From: Bdellovibrionales bacterium
GTDB lineage: Bacteria > Bdellovibrionota > Bdellovibrionia > Bdellovibrionales > UBA840
Reading direction: 5' to 3'
Assembly: GCA_037969075.1 (NCBI GenBank)
Contig: JBBKWS010000165.1
Span: 1 to 27,078, forward strand
Length of the DNA stretch: 27,078 nt
The position numbers and the translations under genes were made by a program. A model generated the notes under the pieces. That model ran no database searches and was not told the DNA's origin. It saw only the letters and a list, made by a program, of their open reading frames with translations. Below are positions 26,924 to 27,078 of the stretch, piece after piece (position 1 is the stretch's first letter; every line of letters starts with the position of its first letter).

Positions 26924-27078
26924 ATGATCGAAGTAATTGGGGTGGATAGATTTAAGACCGAAATTTATGACTTTACTAAGGATACTGAGCAGGAGTGGAC
27001 TCTGGCGGATAATACGCCGATTATTATAAACTTTTTTGCTACTTGGTGTGGCCCTTGTCATAATTTTGCGCCCACACT
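26924..27078 (+). CDS. Thioredoxin, 3'-truncated by the window end (absent from the ORF track)
   Basis: AGGAG at 26913-26917; translates MIEVIGVDRFKTEIYDFTKDTEQEWTLADNTPIIINFFATWCGPCHNFAPT with the WCGPC active site. Confidence 0.92.
   Translation, partial: MIEVIGVDRFKTEIYDFTKDTEQEWTLADNTPIIINFFATWCGPCHNFAPT

Noticed and set aside
26879..27061. Minus-strand 60-aa ORF
   Set aside because: It is antisense to the thioredoxin gene, which has an RBS and the WCGPC motif.

Overview
AT-rich bacterial chromosomal window, most consistent with a Bdellovibrionota-like predator. That assignment is inferred from gene order and the many secreted hydrolases; no database search was run. A housekeeping block (rho-rpmE-prfA-prmC-murA-hinT-[GYF/TM/TPR protein]-[small membrane protein]-serS) is flanked by accessory genes: secreted hypotheticals, a VOC protein, a PilZ protein, a beta-propeller plus thioredoxin-like pair, an orphan RND transporter, a putative outer-membrane barrel, an Mpo1/DUF962 protein, a LysR regulator, a DUF3565 fusion, tRNA-Ser(UGA), S1, M3 and M48-like proteases, alkaline phosphatase and a thioredoxin cut off by the window end. 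No mobile element, CRISPR array or defence system was found. The most interesting signals are non-coding. (1) A candidate C-rich anti-Shine-Dalgarno sRNA at about 24576-24672 (-) is complementary to the G-rich ribosome-binding sites of two nearby secreted protease genes. (2) A 68% GC structured leader can occlude the RBS of the trypsin-like protease. (3) Several genes show a leaderless promoter geometry, and there are clear sigma28 and sigma54 promoter matches. Rho also carries a long Pro/Ala- and Asn-rich disordered N-terminal extension.
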